Source: Lama guanicoe (lineage: Eukaryota). Taken from it: DNA of 64,000 nucleotides. Every line of letters starts with the position of its first letter. Position 1 is the stretch's first letter. This document shows positions 38,491 through 51,804 of the stretch, in pieces. The notes under the pieces are model-generated. The model made no database searches and was not told the DNA's origin. It saw only the letters and a program-made list of their open reading frames with translations. Location: the NCBI GenBank assembly GCA_013239625.1, contig MU053557.1, positions 2,944,123-3,008,122 on the forward strand. The letters are read 5' to 3'. Position numbers and translations under genes: made by a program.

Positions 38491-39724
38491 AAAGGGGGAA
38501 AATCATGACAGGCAAAGACCAAGGCTGAATGGGGTATATGGGAACAAGAAGTCATTCAGGTTGGCAGGAGCTTCCCTTTAGCGGGGCCAGTTCACTGAGC
38601 CAACATCACTGGCGAGTATAGCATTCAATTCCATTCTTTTTCAGTCTCTTCATGTTCTATGAGAAAGTGGAAAGTAATGGACAGGGCAGCCTTGGCGCAG
38701 AACAGTGAGCTGTCTAAGACCCATGGAAACAGCACAGAACACTATCCTTGTGATCTATAAAAAGAGTAAGGAAGACCCACAGAGGCTGATATCAGCCGAG
38801 GCTTGGAATCCGAATGCATCTGACAGCCCTGTATTGGCAAGGAGCACATGAAAGTGTATTTTCCCAACTCAAATCAGAAGGCAGTGGGAGAGGGCTGCCA
38901 GGCCCACAAATACAGATGTTAATCACTCTCCTGGACAAAGCACCTGAGAACTACATGTGGTTTATGAAAATATTGTGCTAACTTAACTGCATTTGAACGT
39001 CAATTAAGTGGATTTCAGTATTAATAGAGCTTTACTCCGGGACGACATCGTAAAATGTCTAGTTATCCCCTGCCTCAGGGAGCTGCTATTATTGTGGTCT
39101 TTATTGAATGACATGGTATGGAAATTGGAACAGTAATATGCCTGTACAAATACTGACACGGAGGGCTTTTAGAAATAGGCGCAGGACAAAGAGACATTAG
39201 AGTTGGTGTCAGTGACTTTATTCCTTGAGGAAATAATGCCATCAATTCTCCCAAGAAATGCTACCCTTATGTTCTAAGTGTACAACACCAAAGAAAAGCA
39301 CTTTTAAAAGAGGACTTTCCTGGGGAGAAGGGTGGGGGCGTGGGAAGCAGTGGTCTGTTCAGAGCTGCCAAGAAATGACTTGCTGATTAATGCCTTGTAG
39401 ACATATGCATGTAAATTAACCTCATTTGCTCCTCTGAAGAATGTGGACAGCAGACATCTAATTTGTGAAGATTAAAGAAAAATGGGCTCAGTGTATCCCA
39501 CAAAATCTCTAGCACATGGTGGATATTCAGTCAATGGAAGTTTTTGCTCTTACTGATGAACCAAAGGTGCCTATCCAGGAGCCAGACTCAGACCACATGG
39601 CCGATCATCTATTACGTTCATCTGCCCAGTGCCTAGTCCTCCTTCTTCTGCTAATTTCACATAATAAATGAACAGATCCACACTCGACCTTTGCCCGTGC
39701 TCCAAAACACTGACAGAACAGGAG

Positions 39725-39890
39725 AGCTGGAAGCATCTTGACTATCATCCATCCTAATTCCATTATTTTGTCGATGAAGAAACTCAAGCCCAGACAATGA
39801 GTCTTTTCCTATGTTTCTGTTTTCATTTTAGGTCACAGTGACAGAGCTGGGACTCAAGTCCCAATAGACTTGCTCCAGTGTTCTTTTCAT
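39725..39890 (-). mobile_element. MIR
   Basis: 'ttttgtcgatgaagaaactcaagcccaga...ggtcacagtgacagagctgggactc'. Confidence 0.6.
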
Positions 39891-41019
39891 TATTCATTAT
39901 TCATTATTATTCCTGACCCTGGCTAGAGTCCTATCTTTCAGACAATCTATGCGTAGTGAAAAGAGTTCTATCAAAGTAGCCCCAAGTTAGCAGCCAGTGT
40001 CAGCAGCCTGGTGCTGTTCTAACCATGGATGTAACTGGGCTGGGAGGTGAGATGCCCTGACCGCTTAGCTGATGCCTCATGCCAGTCTCTGGGTGAAAAA
40101 AGAGCATAAGGCTGAAGAAATGTGCCTCACTACTCCTTTTTCAAAAAAAAAAAAAAGGAGAACCTGAAATTCGTGGCTTTTTGGCTTGCAAATTACCCTG
40201 GACAAGCAGAAGTTTTCCTTCACTGATTCATCTCCCTTAGGTCTTGTCCCCCTCCCTTTCCCTTCTTCCCTCTTTCCTTCTTCCCATCCTCCCTCAATAA
40301 TCTTTCATTACGATTCATTTCTCTCACCATCTCTACATCTCTATTTCACGAATTTTAAGCTAATTAGTGAAGGATGGACAGTAGAGGGGAACATTGATCA
40401 GCCAATCAAGTATGTAATTTTTTCTTAAGGATCTGCCTTTACAATGGAAATGACTACACAATGAACTTACATTAAAGTTTTATGACATTTAAAATTTGCA
40501 TAAATGCTAATCACTGGCGAGATTATATAGCATCCACACTGCAGTAATGACCAGCTTAGGTTCAGGAGGCAGAACACACCAGTAGGTGTCGGCTCGGCCA
40601 TGGCTGCATGTGTGACTGCAGACAAGCAACACGTGCTAAGTCCTCCATTTCTTCATCTGCAACATGCAGATTATAAAAATAGTATTCACCATGATGGCCA
40701 AATCGGTTGTCTCATATCACTTCTATTTCAAACCTCTTTGTGCCTTGCTCATATCTATTTGAGGCAGAAAGGTTAAATAGTTACTCTTGCAGCTTCTCTT
40801 GCAGCTAGGGTTAGCCATGGGAGATAAAATTTGATTTTTGGCCATAGACGTAAGTGTAGACATCTGCTGCAGAATTCTGGGTAAACTCCACCTTGAAAAA
40901 AAAAATGTATAACTGCCCTCCTCCCTTCTGTCTTCTGGCTTTAGATGATGATGTGATCCAGCTACTGTGAAGGAAAATTGCAGGAGAAAGTGTAGAGAGA
41001 TGGGGCTCAGGGCTGCTGA

Positions 41020-41370
41020 TGTAGGTGTGATGTCTGTACACAGCAATGGCTGATGCAGGTCAAGGAAGGGGGTCTCTGAAAAGCAAACATTTGAGTAGAT
41101 CCCTGAAAGAATTGAGAGAGTGAGTTGTTCAGATATGGAGAGCAAGGTGCTCCAGGCAAGGAGCAGCAAGTGCAAAGGTCCTGAGGCAGAGGCAATGTGG
41201 GATTTCCTCTGTTTCTGTTTCTGAACAGCAGGGTGTCTGAAGTGGAGGAAGTGAAATAGGCTTGGAGATGAAGTCATAAAGGTCACCAAGGCCCAGGTCA
41301 CGTACACCTTGTGTTCTATGGAAAGGAATGTAGCTTTACCATGTGCAATGAAGAGCCTTCAGAAGGCTGC
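41020..41370 (-). mobile_element. L2 fragment
   Basis: 'ggtcaaggaaggggtctctgaaaagcaaacatttgag', 'ccaggcaaggagcagcaagtgcaaaggtcctgaggcag'. Confidence 0.75.
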
Positions 41371-41868
41371 CCCAACTCAATGGAGAAGAAAAACCACTAG
41401 AGACTCCTCTCTTTCTGAGACACCATGGATCTTAACAGATCCCTCATGTGCTCTTCATTACCTCTCCTTTGTAGCATAAGCTTCTCTACATCTAGGCTGT
41501 CAATTCATTAAAGGGAAGTAAGGTTTGTGTGTAAGAGTGTGACTATGGAGATAGACAGATGTAGAAGCAGATACTGATTTATCTCCACTATTGTATCTAA
41601 CACAGTGCCAGGCACATGATAAACTTGATAAATATTTGATTTATCATTTATCAAAATTTCTTAAAAAGAGAATCACAGAATTTCTACAGTTCCTAAATAG
41701 TTCTTGACTCAGGACCACACATATGGACCACACATATAACATGATAGTAGTATTGGCTAACATCTCCCGACTGGCTGCTCTGTATCAGGGTCAGAGCACA
41801 TATTATACACGCAGCAAATGGACAGACTTCCTGTGTGCTGACTCCTCTCGCCTCATGCCTGCCTGGCA

Positions 41869-42073
41869 TGAAAAAGAATATGGAACCTTTAATGAAAAAG
41901 AATATGAAAATGAATATATGTATATATATGCATGACTGGGACATTATGCTGTGCAACCAGAAATTGATACATTGTAACTGACTATACTTCAATTGAAAAA
42001 AAGAAAGAATTAGGCTGTTCAGAAAAACAAAATCAAAGTCTGTGTTTTAAAACCCTCAGGGGGTTGATTCAAA
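41869..42073 (+). repeat. Dispersed duplicate of an L1 3' tail plus 63 bp of unique flank (copy of 43359-43540)
   Basis: 42011-42073 matches 43478-43540 at 62/63 positions; the preceding L1 tail aligns with 43359-43477. Confidence 0.92.
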
Positions 42074-42856
42074 CCCTGGTCTATCTCAGAACAGTGCTTC
42101 CCTAACTAACACACACACATGTTCAATTTCAAAAGCATTAGTACTTAATAGGTGTCTTACCGAAGGTTTCATAGAGAACAGAGGAGAGTGCCTGTGCCCT
42201 ATTCCATACAACAAAATTTAAACTAAGTCTACCATTAAGTACTTCAATTGTTTCTCCAAATTTTCTCTACGTGCCTGCCCTGCTGCTGAGTCTCTCTCTT
42301 CTGTCCATCTCCCTGTAGCTTTGAAAATGTCCATTCTGCTTTGCCCCAGAGATCCTGGCCTTCCCCTTTGATTTCATACTCCATTCACTGAAGCAGAAGC
42401 CCAAAAGTTCATCCACATGATTTTCCTTGTAAGTCACACTTGACTGTGACCCACTTACAGTGCCTATAGAAAGTTAACCTTGTTATCTAATAGAAGTTCA
42501 GAGAGCTTTGGCAACATTTCAGGATTGCTGTTAGAAATTGGCCAAGCTAGGGTCTGAATGTCTGTCGTCCTCAAGACCAGGCCCACACTCCAGGCACCAG
42601 GCATGCCTCTATAGATGGCATCCTTGTCACAGGTGGGCAAGATGGTTTCATTCACTGATGCAGCCCTACAGCTTCAGGGGAGCAGTGGCTCACTCAGCCC
42701 CAGTTCCTCTGGAAACCATGGTTTTGTGTTCTGGGATGTGATGATTTGTCAGACCCTGTGCAAGTCATTCCTCCTCCAAATATTCCATCAATCACAAGTA
42801 GACTTTCCATAAACATTTGAGATTAACCAGTAAATGATTAGGAAGAAGGCTGTTCA

Positions 42857-43478
42857 AATTTGAAAAGATACATGCACCCCAATGTTCACAGCAGCACTAT
42901 TTACAGTAGCCAAGACATGGAAGCAACCTAAATGTCCATTGACAGATGACTGGATAAAGAAGCTGTGGTATATGTATACAATGGAATACAACTCAGTGAT
43001 TAAAAAAAAGGAATAAAATAATGCCATTTGCAACAGCATGGATGGACCAGGAGATCGTCATTCTAAGTGAAGTAACCCAGAAAGAGAAAGAAAAATACTG
43101 TATGATATCACTTATATGTGGAATCTAAAAAAAAAGAAAAGAAAAAAGAGGACACTAATGAACTCATTACAAAACAGAAACAGACTCGCAGACATAGTAA
43201 ACAATCTTATGGTTACTGGGGAGAAGGCAGTGGAAAGGGATAAATTTGGGAGTTTGAGATTTGCAAATGTTAACCATTATATATAAAAATAGATTTAAAA
43301 AAACAAATTTCTTCTGTATAGCACAGGGAACTATATTCAATATCTTACAATATGATATTGAAAAAGAATATGAAAATGAATATATGTATGTATATGCATG
43401 ACTGGGACATTAGGCTGTACACCAGAGATTGACATATTGTAACTGAATATATTTCGGTTTTTTAAAAAAAGAAGAAAT
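42857..43478 (+). mobile_element. 5'-truncated L1
   Basis: ORF2 C-terminal and 3' UTR motifs. TSD aggctgttca at 42847-42856 and 43479-43488. Confidence 0.92.
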
Positions 43479-45644
43479 AGGCTGTTCAGAAAAACAAAAT
43501 CAAAGTCTGTGTTTTTAAACCCTCAGGGGGTTGATTCAAAACATGATCTCTAGATTGCAAAGCAATTTTTCCTCTTTCTTTCTATTTCCCTCCTAACTTC
43601 CACAGCTCAGCTTTCCTTAATCCGTACATTTTCTCTGGAGGCTTTTGGGACACCATACAATCGTCATTAAGGTGTGTAAAGTGAGTGAGTGGTCCAAGTG
43701 TGAAGTCATCAGTGCACGACACAGTTATCATTGTAAGTGAGTAGTCTACAGAAGCAGACTGACGCACATGAATTATGAGATCTGGTCAAGACTGAAATCA
43801 CAGCAGAATAACCAACAGAAAGTATCTAAATCAGAACCTCTCACTCAACCAATGACTGCAAAGTCCAGAGATGAAAGATGCCTCAGAGGGAAAAAGCAAA
43901 CAAACAGTTCATCTGGCTTCGTGCTGAAATAGAAGCAAAAAAATGCAGTGGGGGCAGGGGCATAAAACGTGCCTCCAAGGAGTATTTATTGCATCCTGAA
44001 TTCTTTCGAGCACTTTACTTATCATTAAACATTCATTTCCCTAGAAACTGGAGCTTTCACTTCTTGTAGCTGGAGCAATTAAGGGCAGCTTGGGCTGGGC
44101 AGCTCCGACTTCCCAGCAAGAATCTGTGAGCCCCATGGTCTTTGCTCAACAGAGAGCTTCACTCGTTTTACAAGACTTCTTAGTCTTCCGGGAAATGCAA
44201 GATAAATCCTGCCCCAATGCAATAACCCGGGTCAGACCTCCAAACATAATTCTAGTAATAAATGAACCGTAATTGTCAAAAGGAAGCGACTGTCATTGAT
44301 TAAGCCCTCTTTTACCCCAAAGTAGGGCATCTTATCACCTTCGGAAGCATGCTTTCTGCTTTTTAACCATCTGAACTGTCACTGAACATGTGGAGCACAG
44401 CAACAACTGCTAGCTCCACCTCTGTAGTGTTAACACTCCAAAAGGCCACATATGGCCTTGAAAAGCTGGTTCCATTCATAGCTGTCCTCTCTCTCCCAAG
44501 AAGGGGTCAGGTGCCACACCTGACAGGCACAGGAAGAGAGGTAACTTCACGGAAGGCATAGGGCGAGTTTCACCGCACTGAGGATAGGGGTCTCATCTCA
44601 GGGCCCAGGCTATTTTTGTTACTCTCTCTGTGCCTGGCCATCTCCAGCATCATCGCCAATTCAGATTTTATAATAAAAACACAAGGTGAGTTTGTGGAGA
44701 GGATGTGTTCTTTGGGGCGCTGAAAGATTCTGAACTTGGAACAGGGAGAATCATTATTCTTCAGTGAGCAATTGTCTTGGCCTTAGTTAAGGCTGCTAGT
44801 TGACTCTCAATGACCCATGTTAAGTTCAGGGGAGCAGATAATAAAAACACAAGATAATCAGAAAGTCATGAATCGCGCACAAAGATTTGTCTCCAAGGAT
44901 GGAGCATTCATGGCAGCATTCTCACAGGAAAAACTTATCTTTTTACTCTCAAGGGATTTTAGAACTAGATAGAATAAAGCATTCTAGATGAAAGGGAGTC
45001 AGTCTTTTTTTTTTTAAAGTAAAGCTGCCAAATATTCCTTACTGCAAAAGGACACCAGAGATATAAGAAAGATAAAAGCTGACAAAAGACGATGCTGTTG
45101 CAATGTGTACACTTAAGGAAGGATGAGCCTTTGTGAAGAGCCTGGCTGAAAGGCAAGGCCACGCTAAATTTTGAGCCATGTGGATGGGTCCGGGGACAGT
45201 AGAAGCAAGGCTCACCCTCGAATATCTGAGAGGCCTTGGCATGGGCACCACAGGCCAGGAACGTGGACAAGGATGTTTGCCAAACACTCACAGGAACCTA
45301 GAAAGAGTGAGTAAATGGCTAGGTGTGAGACTCTTTGATTTATTGGGTAGAAAACATAAATATCAGACTGCACAGATCATAGCGAAGCACTTAAATGTCC
45401 TCCTAGTGGGCAGCAAGGAACTGATCAAAGACACCTGCTGTTGAGACTAAGCCCTTGCAATGACCAGCAGAGTCACATTGGGTAGGTCCCACTCGGATCC
45501 TTGCTTTCTCCTCCCTCATTGCTGTTGTGAAGATGAAAGGAGTTAATACATAAGAAAGATGAACACAGTTTTAAACAAGTCCGTAATACATGTTCATAAA
45601 TGTTATTGTTGTTGTTACTATTACCAGCTAATCACAAAAGGTGT

Positions 45645-45905
45645 TTTTCCCATTCCCTAAGGGTAGGCTATGCTTAGTGACTCCCTTCCAAAGAGTAGGG
45701 TATGAAAAGGGGAGAAAAGAGTAACCTTACTATGGAGAACTTGATAAGCAGTATCTCAGCCAGTGATCAAGGGTGACATCTGCAGTGCTATGTCATGTGT
45801 ATATGTGTCTGTGTGTGTGTACTCAACTGAATCACTATGCTGTCTGTACACTAGAAATTAACATAACATTGTAAACCAACTACACTTTAATAATTAAAAA
45901 AAAAA
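45645..45905 (+). mobile_element. L1MC/MD-like 3' UTR fragment fused to a ~100-bp younger L1 tail with poly-A
   Basis: 'tagtgactcccttccaaagagtagggtatgaaaagggg...ctcagccagtgatcaagggtgacatc', then 'aactgaatcactatgctg...aacattgtaaaccaactac' and an A-run. Confidence 0.7.
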
Positions 45906-46304
45906 GAAGAAGGGAGAAGGTGCAGAGAGCAGATTTTACAGCCTCTGAGGTCTAACACTGATCTCATGTGAGGTCAACTTCCCACTGAGAAGCCCCCGGG
46001 CCCACTTCGCTCACCTAAGTCTATTTTCTCAAGGGTTGCCATCCTCCGCGTCCTGCTGTGAAGTCCTGCCCACTAAAGGCCATGCCACTACAGCGGCTTT
46101 TCCTTGCCTAGTTGCTGTGGACAGCAGCTGTCTTCATAGCTTACATCTTTTCATTTTAAATGTTTGGCAGGGAAGCAGAAAGCAGATAAATCAACACAGT
46201 CAATGGGGGACTTTACGCAGGCTTACACTAAAGTGTGATTCTGAGACAGTAACTTTTAAAAGTGACCTAATATTTTCTAAGCGCGTATTCAATGTCAAAC
46301 ATCA

Positions 46305-46480
46305 ATCAGCCTAAGCGCTTTACAAAGCGATTTCATGTAATCCTCACAAACAGGCTACAAACACATGACTGTTTTAGTATCCCCATTTCACAGACGAGGA
46401 AATTGAAGCACAGAGTATTTAAGTGGCTTCTGCAAAGTCACAACTGGACTGGTATCCAGCTGGTTGTATCCAGAACCCAG
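46305..46480 (-). mobile_element. MIR
   Basis: 'atttcatgtaatcctcacaa...tatccccatttcacagacgaggaaattgaagcacagag'. Confidence 0.85.
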
Positions 46481-47014
46481 TAAGAATGAAATTTAGCAAA
46501 TGTCCCCTACTCCTTACTCAGAAAGATGGACATAATATTCAGTGAGAATAGAAGTAAGGGTTTCCCAATCAATTGTCCCCTTACCTCCAATCTAAGATGT
46601 ATAATTTAGAACCTTCCAGACAAACCAGAATGCAGCTGCTTCAAAAGGTAAAAACACATCTTCAATCTGATCATTTTTTACCGATTTATTTATAACAGAT
46701 TTTTCTGACCTCTACCCTGTCTCTGAAGCTCAGTCACCAACTGCCCTATTTCTGTCTCTCATTTTAAACCTCGGCCTTGGTTCCAGACTGAAATAGGACT
46801 GGGGATGGACTGCAATTACCTTCTTCATTCAAAACAGCAGAAAATGTAATGGACTGATGTTCAGGCTTGGTCAAACTATCCCTAGTTTTGTAATGCTGCC
46901 TAATTTTTGGCAATGTTATAAACCCATCCAGATGGGGTAATGCCCAGTCTAGCATCTTTTCCACAGGTGAAATGTTTACCTGAGACTTGCTTCAAAATAA
47001 AAACAAGAGTAATT

Positions 47015-47270
47015 AACCATAACTAGGTTTACTGAGCATCGCCTAAGGAAGCGGACTAGGTGGGTCCTTTACAAAACATGTCACAGTTTCTACTAACAAT
47101 GAAGTTTAAGTAAGGTCTTATTCTTCTATTTTAGAACAACAACAACAACAAAAAAAAACAGGCTGAGAGAGATTAAGCTACTTCCATGGAGTTAAACAGG
47201 TAATAGTAGGTAAAGGAGTGACTATTAGAGCACAAATTCACCTGATTCAGGCTGAGGACTTTCCATTAGT
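47015..47270 (-). mobile_element. MIR (degenerate, with A-rich expansion)
   Basis: 'tttactgagcatc...ctattttaga...aggctgagagagattaagctactt'. Confidence 0.55.
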
Positions 47271-48664
47271 CCACAAGCACCCTTCCCACTTCTGATCTTT
47301 CCCTGTGACCCATGACCTCACTGTCACAGAGTCCTCCCAGTCTCATACAGGGCCTCTTCCTTCCTGCCTTGAAATGCACTATCTTGTACAGCCTTCTCTC
47401 AAGTCCAGGATGTCAGTATTCTCATCTGATAAAAATCATCAGGTCAAGTGACGGCCAGAGGGCACTGCTGGGGGCGCTGTTGGGGCTGTTGCAGCCACCG
47501 CCTGCTGGTAACACCTGTGCTTCTGTTCAGAGGTCCTCTGAGAAAACTCCACCTCAGGTCCTTTGACGGCTGAACAAGCCATCAAATCTCTGTGAGCCTC
47601 AGTTACTGCTTCTCCAAATGAACATCATGTTGGCTGTCCTGTCTGCCAAACATCTATGAAACACACACTGATCATTTTAGCAGCAGTTTCCCATTCATAA
47701 TTACATTTTTAAGTAAAAGCTTATGGAGGAGACGCATCCACTGTACAGAGTCCATGTAACAAGCACACAGCTAAGCACATTCATGTCATTATTTTATTTA
47801 ACACACACAGCAATCTTCCCATGCAAAGCATTAACTGATGAGATCACTGCAGCTCCAGGATAGCAAAGGACTTAAAAAACATAACGTAACTAAAGAAGCA
47901 GACCTTCTTCCAATGCATACGAAGTCTGTTAAGAGTGTTTAAAATTGTGAAGACTGACTCCCAGAAATGTAAACGGAGTGCATGAATGGGTTTCAGAAGT
48001 TGTATCCAACTGGATCTCCCTCAGATTCATAAATTCCTCCCAAAAATTAAGAACCAAACATTACGCTCAACACGGACCCAAAACAGCAAGCTGTTCTGGG
48101 TTGCATAAATCACGTTTGACCGAGCATTAGAGCATGAGATCAGCTCTCTGTCACTTAAAGATCTGGAATCATGTTGCACTGTGAGCTCCTACAGGATAAA
48201 ACACAGAGCTTGTTCCTTGTCCTCGCCCTGGCATCTAACATTGTGCCTGAATTGAACTGGAGTCATTGAATCCAAGAGAAACAAACTGAATCAAATGGTA
48301 TCTTCTTGTGCAAAGGGAATAGATAATACAGTCATGAACGTTTTAGCCCCTCTATGATGCAGACAAAGTAGATGGATCCAAAGTAGAGGATCCATGTGCC
48401 AGACCTCTGGGGAGGATGACACTAATATTACTGGTGCTTATTATTACTATCTGAATCCATGAAATAAAAACAAAATTACATTCTTGGAAGCCATAAGTGT
48501 ATTTATTAAGATCATTCAAAAGAGTAAAGATGCTGATTGCAACCCTAATAGCTAACATTTATTAGCCAAAGAATCAGGCAAAGTATTTTTTGTGCCTTTT
48601 TTATCTTTTCCTCCCTACTCTGGGTCCTCAGGGGATAATGTCTCCTGGGCAGGTCACCTGAGAT

Positions 48665-48815
48665 TTATACTATTATTATCCACATATTATAGATGAGGAA
48701 AATGAGCCTTAGAGACATGAAGCCACTTGCCTAAGTTCATACACCCAATGAAGTGCAGACTGGAAGGTGAATTCATGTCAAGTTCAAGTGTAGGGTCTGA
48801 ACTGTAACCAGCATG
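48665..48815 (-). mobile_element. MIR
   Basis: 'attattatccacatattatagatgaggaaaatgagccttagagacatgaagccacttgcctaag'. Confidence 0.75.
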
Positions 48816-49987
48816 CTACCCAGCCTCCCCTTTAGGTGTGAAGCCCAGCTCAAGGCAGGGGTCCTGCACTCCTCACACCACCCCACCACCCTCTACCCAG
48901 TAGCAAAGCAAACTGTAAGAACCAGCATCCAGCACTCAGCTTGCTTCCTTTTTTTCTCTGCTGCCCTTTCGATAAAGCTCAAGATCTCTTTATACCTGCC
49001 TTTAAACCAAATGCATCAAGCGTTTCTTCCAAATTTTCTTCTCAACGAGGTCTTTACTCCCATTCAATCTCCCCCTTACCACTTGCCTTTCTCCTTCTCT
49101 GGGGTACATACTGAAAAATCACACCCTTTTGGTCTTTAGTACAAATCTAGAGTCCATCTCGGGGAATGTATGTCCTCTCCCTTCAGGCTTCTGTGTCTGT
49201 AATCTGCTCCAGAACTTGGAATACAGAGTCAGCTGTATGTTTCGTGAACATGGATAAATCAGCCATGGAAGCCGGGCGGGAGCAAATGCCCTGCTGCACA
49301 GATTTTGTTTGGTAGCAAGACAGACGCTGCACGAGGCCCCAGATAAGTCATTAAGGAAATCGCCTTCCTGCTGATGGGCTGAAAAACAGGCAGCTCCAGG
49401 TTCTCTGCTTATTTCCTAAGAATGCAATGGCCACGGTACCCTGAGCACAGGAACTGGCCTGTACAAGTGAAGGGGCAGCAATCTTGAAGCCTGGAAGCTT
49501 GACTGGCTTCATCTCTTGAGGTGTACAACTCATCTAACTTCTCTGGGTCTCAGTGTCAGACATAAAATGGAGCTAATATTCTTTATTATTGATACACAAT
49601 CTACCTGTGTATGTGCCCCAAATCTACAGTTCATCCTTTTTTCTTCTCTTTCTTAACTCCAAGACTCAATCTGTTTATGAATTCTATCGACTTCATATGT
49701 TAAGTATCTCTCAAATCTCCTTGTCTCCATTCCCACCGGCTATGTTCAGGCATCACAATGTCCTCACCAGACTGATAGAAAGTCCTTCTAACCCGTCTCC
49801 CTGTTCCTAGCCTAGCACCACCATCCATCCTTTCTTTGCATGGCAGCTGGTTATCTTGTTAAAGTGTACACCTCATCTTATTGATCCTTACTAAAAGCAT
49901 TGTAAGACTCTCCATCACTTAGAAAATAAAATACAAATTTGCCAGCGTAGGGTACCAAGTTCCCGCCTGACCGTGATCTCACCTACC

Positions 49988-50495
49988 TGTAATAGTTAGG
50001 AGCCTTTTAGATCCAAGTGGCAGAAGTACCTCTCCAGTAGGCTTAATCACAAAGGATAACTTATTGGCTTATGAAACTAAAAAGACTAGGTATGACTGGG
50101 TCCAAAGGCTCCAACAGTCTCACTAGGAAGCTGTTTCTCCTCCTCCTGTGCTTTGCTTTTCTCCATCATGATTTTATTCACGATCAGGCTCTTCCCACTC
50201 CATAGCAAATCTGCCCGACCCTGAAGGTTTAGGCTTAACTAGTTCTGATTTAGCAAACCCCTGGAAAGGGAGCATCTTCTTCTCATTAACTCTAACAGAA
50301 GTCACAAGGCAAAGTCACGATGGTCTGCCTTGGATCGTGTGCCCAACCCTTCACTAGACACTGTGACTAGGATGGAAATGCTGATGAGGCTGGGGCTGTG
50401 GCTGGTCCCACCCAAAATACACAACTTAACAATAGGGTTATCCAGAAAAAATCAGCCCACCATCACGGAAATAATGGGAGGCTGGCATAAATAAC
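49988..50495 (-). mobile_element. Old MaLR LTR (MLT1J/K-like)
   Basis: 'aacttattggcttatgaaactaaaaagactagg', 'ggatcgtgtgcccaacccttcactagacactgtgactagg'. Confidence 0.55.
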
Positions 50496-50534
50496 ACCTA
50501 TTTTATTGCCCTCACCCATAAGAACTTCTCTCCT

Positions 50535-51030
50535 ACTTCAGGTTCCAAAATTGAATGGCTTAAAACTGCCACTTTATTGTATTCATGATTTTTTAGAGGT
50601 CAGGAAATCAGAAAGGGCTCAGCTGGGCCATTCTTGCTGGGGTCTCTCATGTGGGTGTAGTGAGATGCTGGCTGGGGCTGTGGACCTCTGAAGGCTCGCC
50701 TAGGCTGACTGTTCAAGATGGCTCCCTCACAAGACGCCTGTTGATGCTGCCTGATGGGAACTTGGCTCAGCTGTCAACTGAATGCCCAGACATGGCTTCC
50801 TTGGCATGAGAAACCCCAAGGGGATGGACTTACATGGGAGCTCAGGGTTTCATGCACCTGCATCTGAGCACTAAGGGGGAAGCTGCATCACCTTTCCAAC
50901 TGAGCCTCAGAAGTCATGCAATGTCACTTTTTTGCATTCTGTTGATTACAGGGCTTCCCAGATTCAAGGGGAGGGGACAAAGGCTGCACCTCTGGATAAG
51001 AGGAGTATCAAATGGTTTGCAGCCACAATC
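50535..51030 (-). mobile_element. MaLR LTR (MLT1H-like)
   Basis: 'caaaattgaatggcttaaaac', 'ggtcaggaaatcagaaagggctcagctggg', 'gagcctcagaagtcatgcaatgtcac', 'ccagattcaaggggagggg'. Confidence 0.7.
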
Positions 51031-51804
51031 ATTTTCTATTGGTTTCTGAACACAGTCCCATCATTTTGACAATTCTGGCCTTCCTGGGTGTGTCTTTCTC
51101 TGTCTAGAATATATCCTTCACCTCTTTTTTGTCTCCCAAGCTCCACTCTCCCTGGAAGACACACCTCCAGTGCGAATCTTCTGCTTTCCTCTGCACACAG
51201 TAGTGTTCTCACCTCCTTTGGGCCACATGCTGAGTGCATAACCCCTTTAATAATGCTTTGTTCCTGATGTATTGTAACTCTGTGCCTTGGTCTCTGTCGC
51301 TAGGCTTTGCTCCTTGAAGGCAGGGGCAAAGTCTTGTTTGCCTCTCTATGTCACCTAATGTCTCTCCTAGGTCCTCAGGACATGGCTGCCCAATGACAGA
51401 ATTAGATTATATAGCCAGAGAGCTTTTCAAATGTTAGAGTGCTATTCAAACAAAGGCTGTCATTATTTACAAGATAAGTGAGCCTTTTACTGAGAAAAAT
51501 GTAATAGCTTCTGGTGATAGCTTTCTGCCTGACAAATTCTAAATGGATAAGCCATTCGACTGTCAAAAAAAAAAAAACTTATTTAGAATTTTTTCTTTCT
51601 TTCTCCACTTAAATACTAGTGACACCTAGTTGTTTGTCCTTTACCTATTATTTGGATCACTGTTCCCAGATTTTATCAACAAGTCACCTTTCTGTGAACC
51701 TGTTTCATCAGGCCAATCCTCTCTACATCCTTTATAGTTTTCTACCTAATTATTTTTATCATCTAACTTTCCCGGCCCTCAATAAAGACTTGTTATCTTT
51801 AATT

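Larger units (their letters stand above)
49620..51350 (+). mobile_element. L2 fragment interrupted by two MaLR LTRs
   Basis: L2-like 49620-49985 ('ctctccatcacttagaaaataaaatacaaatt') and 51050-51350 ('gctccttgaaggcagggg'). Confidence 0.55.

Noticed and set aside
40723..41307. 194-aa ORF
   Set aside because: Runs through L2 and probable MaLR remnants, with no recognisable protein features.
44186..44194. Isolated STAT site TTCCGGGAA
   Set aside because: A single short motif is not unexpected in 64 kb and has no supporting context.
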